From NCBI RefSeq assembly GCF_009914755.1, contig NC_060925.1: 64,000 nt of DNA. One strand, 5' to 3'. How positions within the stretch are numbered: the stretch's first letter is position 1; every line of letters begins with the position of its first letter. The notes beneath the pieces were generated by a model that had not been told where the DNA came from, did not search any database, and saw only the letters and a program-made list of their open reading frames with translations. The DNA is from the human T2T-CHM13v2.0 reference genome, Homo sapiens. A program made the translations under genes and the position numbers. This document shows positions 32,536 through 45,594 of this stretch, one piece after another.

Positions 32536-32557
32536 CAACACAGCCCCTAAATGGGGC

Positions 32558-32944
32558 TGTCTTAGTCTGCTTGGGCTGCCATAACAAAATGACACCATCT
32601 GGGTTGCTTAGACAACAACTTACGTCTCACAGTTCTGGAGGCTGGAAGTCCAAGATCGGGATGCCAGCATGGTTGGGACCTGGGGAGGGCTCTCTTCCTG
32701 GCTTGCAGAAGGCAACCTTCTTGCTGTGTCCTCACATGGGGAAGAAGGAAGAGGGAGGGGGAGAGAGTGATGTCTCTGGTCTCTTCCTGTAAGGACAATA
32801 ATCCCATCATGAAGGGCACCCCTATGACCTCATCTAATCAGCTCCCAAAGGCCCCAGCCACAAATACCATCACATCGAAGGTTAGGATTTCAGCATGTGA
32901 ATTGGGTGGGGGGCATGGCAGAGGGAAACATTTAATCCCTAACA
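32558..32944 (-). mobile_element. MLT1 (MaLR) solo LTR
   Basis: tgtcttagtctgcttgggctgccataacaaa...ggaggctggaagtccaagatc...taaca; 5-bp TSD-like ggggc / gtggc. Confidence 0.85.
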
Positions 32945-33556
32945 GTGGCACCACGTTAACCTCCAGGAACCAGGAGTCTGTGGTCCCAGGGATCGTGGAG
33001 CACCATCCTTAGACACCCCCAGGGCTTCCTGGAGGAGGCAGAGGACTTATTTTGAGTTTTCTACTCCCAGTGGGAATCTGGCCTGTCTCCAGTTTGCCAC
33101 ATGACCTTGCCCTCTCTGGGACTGTTTCCCACCTGAGAAGTGAAGGGAGTTAAATTAGGACAGTGGTTTTTAAACTTTTGAGGATCATGACCACTTTAAG
33201 AATCTAATAAGAGCTTTTGACACTTTCTCTAGAAAAAATACACAAAACTTCACAACTTTTCACTGTGTTGGGTTGGTGGGTGGGACTCTCTGGCCCACCC
33301 ACTTTCAGGGCTCCATGGACTCGGGGGTAAGAACTCTAAATGAGTTCATCTTCGAGAACATTTTCAGCCATGACATCTTGTGTGACCATGGGCATGATGG
33401 CGTCCTCTCTGGGACTGGTCACCTTATCTACAAAATACCAATGACAAAACCCACCAACCCCTTACCAACCCATCATCACCTTATGGATATCATTTTATTT
33501 ACCCTCACAACATCAATGCAGGATAGACATGCTTACTCCCATTTTAAAGATGGAGA

Positions 33557-33848
33557 AGGCCGGGTACGATGGCTCACACCTGTAATCACAGCACTTTGGG
33601 AGGCCAAGGCAGGTGGATCACCTGACATCAGGAGTTCGAGACCAGCCTAACCAACATGGTGAAACCCTGTCTCTACTAAAAATAGAAAAATTAGTAGGCG
33701 TGGTGGTGTGTGCCTGTGATCCCAGCTACTCAGGAGGCTGAGGCAGGAGAATTTTTTGAACCCAGGAGGCGGAGGTTGCAGTGAGCCGAGACTGCATCAT
33801 TACACTCCAGCCCGGGCGACAAGAATGAAACTCCGTCTGAAAAATAAA
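33557..33848 (+). mobile_element. Alu (AluS-like)
   Basis: Full length; TSD-like aaagatggagaa / aaagtcggagaa. Confidence 0.95.
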
Positions 33849-36800
33849 GTCGGAGAAAATTAGATGCAGAGAAATCATGAGCATAAAGTCACACTACAAA
33901 AAACCTGACTTCAAAGTCAGTTGCCTTTCCAGTGTCCCATGCTGCCTTTGTGTTAAAAACAAGAACAATGACAGCTTCTACTACTACTATTTATAGAACA
34001 CTAGGTGTGTCCCAGACCCTGTGTTAGGGGTTTTGCATTCTCCTCTCTTTTAGTCCCTACAACTCCATGAGGCAAGCGCAATTCTCCCCGTTTTACAGAG
34101 GAGAAAACGGAGACCCAGAGTTTCAAGGTCCCAGAGCTAAAAAGTAATAGAACCAGAACAGCTTCCCGTTTTCCGTGCTGCGCCGTGACCCAGACAATAT
34201 CTAAATTTTGTGCCGTCCTCAGATTTCAGAGTCTAATCCGGCTCCAGTTCAGGGACGGGGCAGTGACAGATTTTATAAAATGTCTGAATTCCTTTTAAAA
34301 TCATGCTGTTTTATTCAACTTGGGCTCTTACAATAAATAGCTCAAACCAACAGCTGGGAACGTATCGCCAAGCTGCGGCCCCATGGGGACACCCTTAATG
34401 AAAAGAGAACATTTCTGAAGGGCAGGAGCACATTAATTGTGGGCATGCAGATGGAGATTGCTGATTATGGATGGGCCCCTCTCGAGTAGGTTAAGTGGGG
34501 TGCCCCCTCCGCAGCTCTCCACCCCAACTCTTGTTGCACCATTGATTTGCTGACCAAACTCTTGCTTCAGAGAGGAGAGGAGGCCATTCTAGTCTTCATC
34601 AGTGACAAATCTGGCCCAGTGGCATCTGATTCAGAGGGCTGTGGGCTCCAGCTCCTGCCCGAGAGAACCGTCCTGTAACAAGGCTGAGGCCGGCCCTTGA
34701 GGGACTGGGAGGGGGACTGCCCCAGGACCTTTTCATCCTAGAAGGGAGGTTGTCTTGGGCCAGAAGTTTCCAGTTCAGGAGCTCCAGCTGGGCAGCCTCC
34801 AGGTGGACTGGGGCAGATGACCCGCTCACCCAGCACTGCTCTGTCATCCACACATTCGACTATGAGACAAACACTGGTGAGTGTGAACTCAGAGCCTGAA
34901 GGGGCCCTGGACATTCACAGATAAGCCACACCCCACCCTGCCCCCCAGGAGCTGACCGTCCAGTGAGGCAGCTGGCCAGATGCGTAACCATGAACCACAA
35001 TGTGACTGGTGCAGAGATGGGGACTTCCAGGGGCTTTGGACACAGAGAAGGGCTCCTGACCCAGCATGACATCTTGGAAGGCTTCCGGGAGACCAGACGT
35101 CTCTGCAGAGTCCATAGGAGTTCACTGGGGGAAGAGGGTGGGGTAGAGGACAGGCCCGGAGACAAGGGGGTCCCAGTGGGCCCAAGTGGTTCTGGGAGGC
35201 TGATGGGCAGAGGGAAGGAGAGTGAAGCCAAGCTGCAAGCCCATCCTGCTCTTAGCCATTATTCCAGGAAGCATTCAATCAGTGTCTACTGTGCACGTAG
35301 ACTGTGCTGTTTGGCAGTGAACGCAGTTTCTGTCCTGAATGAGCTTATCTGCTAAGGTGGGGAAGAGAGAAAATAAATTAGTGGACAAACCAGCAATTGC
35401 TTAGGTTCAGTATGTGATTAGAGCTTTGAAGGAAAGCACTAGGGACAGTAAGCAGACTTGGGGGCAACTTCAGACAGCAAATTCAGAGAAAAGGGAGATT
35501 TGACGCCCAAGGGATGAGGAGGGGTGAGCCCTGGGCAGGGTTGCAAGGGGCTGGCCGGGGAGGGGAATGGGGGGTGAAGAGCTCAGTGCCTCCAGGAAAC
35601 GGCCCCCAGGACCCCAAGCCCCATGTGCGTTGGGGGAGGGGAAGTCAGCCAGGGCCAGTGCAGGTGACCCTTGTGGACCATTCAAAGGACTTGCGATTTT
35701 ACTCCTGCAAAGAGAAGCCACAGAGTGTTGAGCAGGGGAGTGCACGGTCACACTGACATTTTAAAAGGACCCCCTGGTGGTCCTGGGGGATGCGGAATAG
35801 AAGGGAAGCAAAGGCAGGAAACGGGGAGCAGCCGGGGAAAGTGGCAGAAACCCACACCAGAGACGCCTGCAGCTTAGAGCTGGGAAAGGAGAGAAGTGGA
35901 CAGAGGATGCACTGACCAGAGTGACCGACAGACAAGGACGGGCTATCAGCTTGGGAGCTGGGTGACAGAGAAGGGCCCCTGGGTGACGGTGACAGTGACA
36001 GTGAAGGGGAACAACTGAGCCATTAAGTATGACACGTCTGTGACAGCCAGGCAGCGTTAAGAGGACAGCTAGAGGCTGAGAGAGGAAAGAGGAGCTCAGA
36101 AAAGAGCTCAGAGCTTAGCTGCTCAGAAGAGAGTGGAGAATTTGGGAGCCCTCCCTCACGGGTGCCTTCCAGAGCCCTGGAGATGGGTAATACAGAGACA
36201 GGAGTGCCTGGAGAAAGAGGGGAAGGGGTTAGGAGGGAAGAGGAGCCCATTGTATGGCAGCATGTACCCCAGCAGGGTGGTCACGGGATGCTGAATGCAT
36301 ATCCGGGCATGAAGGCAGGAAGGACAGGGAGGACCCACCCAGGACCCTCAGCAGGAGGGTGGCATGACAAGCTGTCTCTGGCTGCTGCCCCAGGAGCAGG
36401 GTGGAGTGGCTTTGCAAGCCCACCACTTTCCCTTTCACATACTGATGGCTTCGTGGCCCCCTGCACCTCCCACTTAGACCAGCGCTCTCCCACCTGTCAG
36501 ACCTGGGGCATTTTGCAAAGTCCCTTGCAGGTGGGATGCGGTGATCCTCGTTCCTTCTGCAAGGCTGCCACTGTGTGGCGAGCAGCGGAATGACAGCCAG
36601 GCACAGTCACACATTCACCGGCTTGAAAATTCAAGCACTTGCGCACCTGCTGTATACGTGGTACAGGGGTCATTTCTATGTGGGGCACAAGGAAATCTGA
36701 GACCTGGCAGTGCAGTGGTAAGAGAGAGGGTTTGTAATCAGTCAAACATGGACTTTAATTCTGACTCCAAGATGAGCCACTGTGTGGCTCTAGGCAAAGT

Positions 36801-37119
36801 TGGAGCATCCCATCTGCAGAGCGAGGACGGCAGCTTTGCCTTCTTCGCGCATGATTAGGACCTGCCTGGCACACCTGAGTGGACACCCAACATCCCTGAA
36901 GCAGGAAAACAGACCGCAGAGCACTGGGGAGGGATGCGCCGATCAGGTGGGCCAAGCCCAGGCTTTGTGGGTCTCGGGGATGCTGTGGAGGCCCCCAGGG
37001 AAATGAGGGGGGCTTAGGTGGAGGGGCGGGGTCCCCAGAGGTGCTGCCTCCTGCCACACATGGCCCTTCTGCTCCCCGCCCCTGCGCCTTCTCACCCTCG
37101 CTGCGTCTGAGTGTGGGAT

Positions 37120-37560
37120 TCTCTCTTCCTGTTCCCTTCCGTTTGTTTCTCTGTTGATCCCTTTCTGTTCTTGAGTCTCGGTCTTTCTCTCTCTCTCTCT
37201 CTCTCTCTGCCTCTTCCTCTTTGTTCTTCTCTATCTCCCTCTGCTCCTTTCTCTCAGTGTCTCTCTCTCTCCTTCTCTGTCTCTTTCTCTCTTTGTTCTC
37301 TCTTTCTGTGTCCCTTTCTCTCTCTCTGTCTCCCTCCTCCATCCACCTCTTTCACCATCTCTGCCCTTTCTGTCTCATTTTTTCCCTTTTTTCCTCTTGA
37401 TCTCTCGGCTCCATCCCTGTCCATGTCTGTCTCTGTGGCTCTCTTGGTCCTCCCCCAATCCCATTGCTTTTCCTCTCTCTGCATCTCCACCCATTTCTGC
37501 CCGTCCATCTGTTTCTGCCGCCTTTCCCCACCCATCCACTCTCTGGCTATGTCTCCTCCC
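37120..37560 (+). repeat. CT-rich low-complexity tract
   Basis: (CT)n and CT-rich sequence running up to the exon 11 acceptor. Confidence 0.9.
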
Positions 37561-37563
37561 CAG

Positions 37564-37795
37564 CCTGTCCAAAGCTGCCGAGCTGGACCATCACTGGGTG
37601 GCCAAGGCCTGGCTGAATGACATTGGCCTGTCCCAGTACTCCCAGGCCTTTCAGAACCACCTGGTTGATGGGCGGATGCTGAATTCCCTGATGAAGCGAG
37701 ACCTGGAGAAGCACCTGAACGTGTCCAAGAAGTTCCACCAGGTCAGCATCCTGCTGGGGATCGAGCTGCTGTACCAAGTGAACTTCAGCAGGGAG
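37564..37795 (+). CDS. KAZN: KAZN exon 11 (LSKAAELDHHWVAKAWLNDIGLSQY...ELLYQVNFSRE), SAM2
   Basis: cctccccag|...GAG|gtgagg; 232 nt, phase 2 to 0; WL.DIGL.QY and VDGRML are liprin SAM2 signatures. Confidence 0.95.
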
Positions 37796-37849
37796 GTGAG
37801 GACCAGGGCACAGGGTGGGGGCACCTTCCACTGCCCACCCCTCCCCTCT

Positions 37850-38010
37850 TGGCATCTACTGTCTGTTCATCTGTCCACCCACCACCCGTCTATCCATCTG
37901 TCCACCCATCCATCCATCATCCAGCCATCCATTTATTGATCATCCGTCCATCCATCTACCTACCTATCCAGCCATCATCCAGCCAGCCAGCCAGTCAGCC
38001 AGCCATCTTC
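37850..38010 (+). repeat. (CCAT)n/(CCAG)n degenerate tetranucleotide repeat
   Basis: ccatccatccatcatccagccatcc...ccagccagccag. Confidence 0.9.
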
Positions 38011-38204
38011 TCTTCCTCCTTCTTTCCAACAATCCCCTATTGGGCACGGGCCAGGCGCTGTGCTCAGTGCAGGGGAAATGGGAGCCCTCATCCTTGGAGA
38101 GCTAAGTGCTTACCAGAGAGAACCACAAGGAAGCTGGTGGTGCCAATATTGTGGGAGATTGTCCCAGTGAGGGAAGCCCAGGGTTTTATGAATACCCAGA
38201 GAAG

Positions 38205-38282
38205 ATATACCTACTATGTATACCCACAAAAATTAAAATAAAAATGTTTAAGTGTTTGCTATTTTAAAAAAAAAGAAAAAAA
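38205..38282 (+). mobile_element. Very short L1-type retroinsertion (L1MA-like 3' terminus, extra ~20 nt, polyA) with 15-bp TSD
   Basis: cctactatgtatacccacaaaaattaaaa resembles an L1MA 3' end; TSD gaatacccagagaag 38190-38204 / gaaaacccagagaag 38283-38297. Confidence 0.7.
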
Positions 38283-38854
38283 GAAAACCCAGAGAAGTCT
38301 CCAGGGGGCTCAGGGTTGGCTCCTCAGAGGTAGCAACGACTAAATTGAGACCCGAAGGAGGAACCCCAGGGATCAGTAGAAGACATGAGAGAAAAAGTAA
38401 CCCAGCAGAGGCAACAGTGTGGTGAAGGCCCAGAGGACTGATCCACGGCAGCAGAGTTGCTGAGAGTCCTGTTGGGTGGGGTGCTGGCTTTGAGGTGGGA
38501 GGTGGTGGGGGGTTGCTGCAGAGGTCACCAGGGGCCTGAGCTGCTGGGCACTGTGGGGCTGAGTCCAGGTAGCTGACTTTTCTTAGAGTGATGTCAGAAC
38601 CCAACAATTCAGGGTCAGAAGAGGGACAGAAGAGGGGGCCATCCAGCCTTTTGTCCCCCTTCTCAACCACCCACTGAAAAGCATCCACTGTGTGCCTACT
38701 GTGAACCCTGGGGTCAGTCCCTGTGGGACCCAGGGAGGCCTGCGATACGGTGGCGAGGTGGTGAGAGAGGACCTGGAATCAGCCAAACATGGGTTTTCAT
38801 TCCAACTCCAAGACGTGCCACTGTGTGGCTCTGGGCAGTCAGAGCTCCCTGTTA

Positions 38855-39610
<756 letters not shown>

Positions 39611-40043
39611 CCACACAAATTAATATCCCCTTTGTGTGGGCTGGAGCATCTTAACTCAGGCCCAGCAAGAATTACCTGCCTCCTGTTATTCAGGAGGAGG
39701 GAACTGCTTACCTTCCAAATAGGAGCCCCATGTCATGATGCTTTGCTCACATCGGGTAGAGAGGCTGAGCCAGCCCCACTCTCCTAAGCAAGTGTGGGGT
39801 TGAGATTCATTTAACAAATATTGATGATTTCCTGCTAGGGTCAGGGACCATCTCAGTAACAGGAGGTCCCTGACCTCGTGGCTCTAAAAAATTGGGGAGG
39901 GGTTCCTCTTCACCGTCAAATTAACTGGTCCCCAGGGGGTCAAGCCCTTGCTGTTGGGGACAGAGCCCCACGTGGAACTGGGGCCCCCTTAGGCCAGCAG
40001 CATGGCCCCTGCAGGCTAACAAGTCCCCTGCCTTTGCCCCCAG

Positions 40044-40210
40044 GAGTACGCAGACAACCTGACCAACAGCGGCGTCCATGGTGCTGTGCTGGTGCTGGAG
40101 CCCACATTCAATGCCGAGGCCATGGCCACTGCCCTGGGCATCCCCAGTGGGAAGCACATCCTCCGGAGACACCTGGCAGAGGAGATGAGCGCCGTCTTCC
40201 ACCCAGCCAA
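40044..40210 (+). CDS. KAZN: KAZN exon 13 (EYADNLTNSGVHGAVLVLEPTF...HILRRHLAEEMSAVFHPA), end of SAM3
   Basis: gcccccag|...CAA|gtgagc; 167 nt, phase 0 to 2; EYA.NL..SGVHGA is a liprin SAM3 signature. Confidence 0.95.
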
Positions 40211-40949
40211 GTGAGCACGGGCTGGGATCCAGTCATGTGGGCTGCTGGGTACAGTACAGCTCAGGGCTTTGGAAGCAGATGGTCCAGCTCCCCATCCTGG
40301 CCCATCACTTACTGCCTCCCACTCGTTCTTTGCACCATGGTGGTCACCTTTTACAGATCAGGAAACTAAGGCTCAGAGAAGCAAAGTGCTTTAGCCTGAA
40401 GGTCATAGACTAGAAAGACGTAGAGGAGCAGTCAGGTCTTGAATTAAGTGTATATTAAATCAAAAAACACCCAGGTGTTTAGAGAAGAGATAGCAAGCAG
40501 TGCATGTGTAAGGAAAGGCCACGTGCAGGTGGAGTGTAGCTGGGAGGACTTGCATTGGCCTAATAGGTTGAGTTGGTTGGTCCAGGTGGGGCAACTGTGG
40601 GGACAAAGGCTTGGAGTCAGGAATGAGCATATTAATGATGCTTATGGACCAGGTAAGCAGACCACATCAGCCCACCTATCCTAGTATCCCCATCTGAAAA
40701 GTGACCAGAGAATGAACACCTGGGCATAAACCAGTCCCCCTCCCAGTGGATTCTCTTCTTAAAATCATGCACTTAGGGTTAGATGACCATTTATTGAATA
40801 CTTCCTGTGTGAACTATCTAATTTCATCCTCCTGGCAATGTCAAGAGATCAGTAGCACTATCCCTCCTTTATAGATGGAGAAACTTCTTCAAAGGTACCA
40901 AGCTATGTGCCCAAGATACACAGCTAGTAAGTGGCAAATCCTAGATTTG

Positions 40950-41630
40950 TCCTTTATTCTATCAATATGGTGTATTATATTGATTGATTGAATTTCATAT
41001 GTCAAACCAACCTTGCATTCCCAGGATAAATCTCACTTGGTCACAGTGTATAATCCTTTTTATATATTGCTGGATTAAATTTGTTAGTACTTTGTTGAAA
41101 AAATCTGCATCTATATTTATAAGGGATATTGGTCTATAGTTTTCCCTCCTTGTGATGTTTTTGTCTGATTTTGGTATCAGGTTAATATAGCCCTCATAGC
41201 ATGAATTGGGAAGTATTCTCTCCTCTTCTGGGTTTTGGAAAAGCTTGGAAGGATTGGTGTTTGTTATTCTTTAGACATTTGGTAGAATTCACCAGCGAAG
41301 CCATCTGGTCTTGGGCTTTTCTTTCTGGGAAGCTTTTTGACTTCTAATTCAATCTCTTCACTTGTTAGAGGTCTGTTCAGGTTTTCTGTTTCTTCTTGAG
41401 GCAGTTTCAGTAGCTTATATCTTTCTAGGAATTTGTCCATTTCATCTAGGTTAGCTAATCTGGTGGCATGCAGTTGATCATATAATTTTTATCTTATAGT
41501 GCCTCTTATATATAAAGTTGGTAGTCATATTCTCTCACTCATTCACTTACTCCTGGTTTTAGTGATCTGAGTTTGAGTTTTGTTTTTTTTTTTAATCAGC
41601 CTATCTAAAGGTTTGTTGGTTTTGTTGACA
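40950..41630 (-). mobile_element. L1 ORF2 fragment (L1M-type)
   Basis: aaccaaccttgcattcccaggataaatc...ggtagaattcaccagcgaagccatctggtc...gaatttgtccatttcatctagg, characteristic antisense L1 ORF2. Confidence 0.85.
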
Positions 41631-42018
41631 GAGCCCAGATTTGACCTTGGGGCTCTCTAACTCAGGCCTGAGTCCTAAACCCCTAAACCACATGGATCCT
41701 TAGGCAGCAGCTGGGCCACTCCCCATGTTATACAGGTGGGGAAACTGAGGCTTAAGGAAAAATTGTGCATGTATGGCAGGGTCCAGGTGTCCTGGGCTGC
41801 TCTTCCCTATTGGAGGCTGACACCCAAGCTGTTCTCAAAGTGAGGCCCACCCCACAGACCCTTGCAGCAGAATCATTGAAGCTATTGTAAAATGCAGATT
41901 CCCTGGTCCTGCCTCAGACTTGCAGGACAAGTATCTGCTGGCAGAGCACAGGACTCTACATTTTTAGCATTTTGGGGTGCTTCTTACGGAGACAATGTTT
42001 GATAAGAACTCTGTTTTA

Positions 42019-42325
42019 GGCCAGGCATGGTGGCTCATGCCTGCAATCTCAGCACTTTAGGAGGCGGAGGCAGGAGGATTGCTTGAGTCCAGGAGTTCAA
42101 GATCAGCCTGGGCAACATAGCGCGACCTTTTCTCTACTAAAAATTAAAAAAATTCCCTGGAGGTGGTGGAGTGCACCATATAATCCCAGCTACTCAGGAG
42201 GCTGAGGCTGGGGATTACTTGAGCCCGGGAGTGTGAGGCTGCAGTGAGCTATGATTATGCCACTGTACTCCAGCCTGGGTAACAGAGCAAGGGTCCATCT
42301 CTACAAAACAGAAAAACAAAACAAA
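42019..42325 (+). mobile_element. Alu (AluJ-like)
   Basis: gaggattgcttgag, gtgagctatgatt J-type diagnostics. Confidence 0.9.
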
Positions 42326-45123
42326 ACCCTCCTCCAGGAGCCATGAATCAAAAGACACAGGAAAAAGCCTTTTCTCCTCAGAATTATCCCCTTTCCCTGA
42401 CTTCCCTTCTGGAGCCACATGATCTGTAACAAACTTTTTTCTGAGCCCTGGAGAGATGGCTCTAGCTGAATATTAGCAGGCATTCGTGTATCTGATTAAA
42501 CTCTTGACCACTCATGAGGTGACAGGTGTGTTCAGGACTAAGACTAGTCAGGGAGCACCAGAGAAGGGACTGGTGGGGACAAATAGGGTGGGTTCTTATG
42601 TTGTGGTGGGGCAGGGACTTCTTCAAGAATGAGACGAAATCAATGAACCTCTCAATGATAAGATAAGAGGGAAATGACTCTGTCCAGGCTCCACATTCAC
42701 CAAGAGCTTATGGGTCCCAATATGACGTCATCTCTAGTCTCTTCCCACAACTTTGACAATGCACATGACCCAAAGGCGCCAAGGAGAAGTCTCTGCCATG
42801 GTCTCATGGTATCTGCTTTGACACACACTGACTTCCTGCATCTCCCGATAAACCTTGGTCCGGCGCCAACAATGTGTCAGTCATAGGACTGTTCTTTAAG
42901 GACCTGGAGAATAAAACCAGTGGGCAGGAAGGATGCAGCAAGGAGCAGAGGTACCCAAAGGCAGCTGCCAGGGGATCGGAGGAGTCAAAACAAACAAAAA
43001 AAATATGCCTTGAAGGCAATATGGCCTGTCACTAAAACAGAGTCAGGGACAGGACACACAAAGGAGCAGGACTGGAACCAGAGCAGGACTGGAACCCAGG
43101 TCTCTACTCCTAGTCAGAAGCTCTTTCTGGAACTGATCTCTCTCCCCTGGGATCTAAGCTAGCATAGTGCCCCTTTTGCCATAAAAGCCACCCTCCACAG
43201 TCATTGAACACCTGCTGTGAGCAGGCACTTGAGTGATCCATGTCCTGCCTTCACGAAGCTTACAGAGATGGGAGAAGACCTCATAGGTGGATGGTGTGGA
43301 GTTCCAGCCCAGGGCCTGCTTCCACTCCAGGTTTTCTCTCTTTCCCTTTTTTAATAGATCTCTGAGGGTCTCTGCTCATCCAAGAAAGGCTTTGGCTCCC
43401 ATCCAGGCAAGAAACTGGTTTCATAGACAACTAGGTGAAGACATAAACCCATCCAGAATGCCTTGTGGCACTCTAGCCCCAGGCAACCCAAGTTCAAATC
43501 CCAGCAGCACCAATCCTGGCTGTGTGACCCTGGGCAAGTTACTTAACCTCTCTGAACTGTACTTTCCTCATTTGTAAAATGAGTATGGTAATCACTATCT
43601 GCCACCCAAAGAGTTGATGGCAAGATGAGATAAGACAATGCATAAAGCAATTGGCAAAGGAACCAGTACATCATAAGACACCCAATAATATAAATATTAG
43701 TGATTTATTCCAAACCCACCCCTAGCCCCACCACCGCTGCCTCCCATTCCTCCTCTGCAGGGCAATGGCTGCAATGTGGTTTCGAGCCCCAGCATCACTG
43801 CTTTCTTGCTGTGTTGAACATGAGCTAGTGGTTTTAGGTTTTACTCTCTGAGCCTCAGTTTCTTCCTCTGTAATAGGGGAATATGACTCATACCGACCTT
43901 GTAGCTTTGTTCCAAAGGTTCAGTGAGGCAAATTGTATGCAGCCTGCTTGATACATAGATGCCCGGCAGTAACTGAGAGCTTCTGCCCCTGCCTTCATCT
44001 GGAGGCAGAAGAATCTCCATGCAGTCAATTTCCTCTGGAGTAGCTGCATAGGAGTCCCCTTCTGTCAGTTTGCTCCAGCGTTCTCATTAGCATTTCAATG
44101 GAGAAGAACAATTCCATTACAAACTCAAATAGACTTGACCCTCAAACACATAGAATGAGAGAACCTTGTCACCTGTCCCACCTCCTCGGCTGACAGGCTT
44201 CCCAAGACATTGGCAATGGAAAACATTTATTCTCTGGTCACTCAGCAGGCCGCTGGAATGGGGGTGGAAGGACACATTGAGCTTAGATGAGATTCTGTCC
44301 CACCCCACCCTCAAACCATCCCTGAAATGTGAGCCCAAACTCCAGGCACTGGGTCAGCTGAGTGCCCAGAGGCGTGGGCCTGTGTGCGATGGGACCCAGC
44401 GGGGCCTTTGAGGCCACATTCTGGCTCCTCCGCCATCATCGTGTGATTTTAGACAAGAAATTTACCCTCTCTGAGCCACGGTTTTTTCAGCTTGCAATGG
44501 GGATGATCACTCCTTCTTCCCAGGGCTTTGCAGAGGGTTTGCTGAGCCACCGTGGTGAGGAGCTGACAGTGTGCCCAGCACGTAGTGGGTGGCCCTCGAG
44601 TACTCTTTCCTTCCCATTCATTTTCTCCAGCACAGCATCTTGTGCCTCTCTGCCCTTGTAAATCCTTGGTTAATGGGTTGAGACTCAATGCTCGGGCTGG
44701 CCCAGCTGGTGGAGGCTGACTCCCAACCCCCAACCTTCCTTCCTGCACCATGATGCCTATTTAGTGCCCAGGGTTCTCTACATTGACTCAGGAGAGTCCA
44801 GTGAGATGCCCCATTCTCCATAACGTTCCCTCATCAAAAGTTCCCCTTCTAACGTACCATTTCCTCGAGGTCTAAGTGACTAGAAATACTTAATAGGTCG
44901 GTTCAAAGCTTCCAAAGACCTTGGCCCTGTGCTTGGCTTATGCCCTGGAGTTTTCGTGTTTTCATCTTATCCAAAGGCCTAGATGGGGGGATTTCAGCCA
45001 CTGTGGAAAAAATAAGGAGGGAGGATATTTTGGCACACTGGAGGCCAAGGTCACCCCGTATTCCTTTGTCTACAGAAAGACAACCACTTTCTGTGCATAG
45101 GGTAGCTTGTTAAGACCAGGGCT

Positions 45124-45402
45124 GGCCAGGCACGGTGGCTCACACTTGTAATCACACCACTTTGGGAGGTCGAGGCCGGTAGATCACTTGAGCCCAGGAG
45201 CTGGAGACTAGCCTGGGCAACATGGCAAAACCCGGTCTCTACCAAAAATACGAAAATTAGCTGGGTGTGGTGGCGTGCACCTGTAGTCCCAACTGCTTGT
45301 GAGGCTGAGGTGGGAGGATCACCTGAGCCCAGTAAGCCAAGATTGCACCACTGCACTCCAGCCTGGGCAACAGAGCGAGACCCTCACTCAGAGGAAAAAA
45401 AA
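45124..45402 (+). mobile_element. Alu (AluJ-like, internal deletion)
   Basis: Sense Alu with gggaggatcacctgagccc. Confidence 0.9.
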
Positions 45403-45594
45403 GATCAGGGCTGCTTACTGGACTTTATCGTACAGATGAGGAAACTGAGGCCCAGTAAGGTGTTTTACTCGCACCAGAACATATGGAGGGAATAGCTGAG
45501 CAGGAACTCCAACCACGTCTGTGTCCCCAAAGCCTCTGGCCACAGTAAGATGTAATTGTAGCAATTACTCTTTCTATTGTTACTCAGAGCTTAA

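Noticed and set aside
36755-37620. E/R/K-rich 195-aa and S/L-rich 169-aa ORFs
   Set aside because: Products of the CT-rich low-complexity tract.
43063-43097. Short tandem duplication of gagcaggactggaacc
   Set aside because: Ordinary slippage-type duplication with no further signal.
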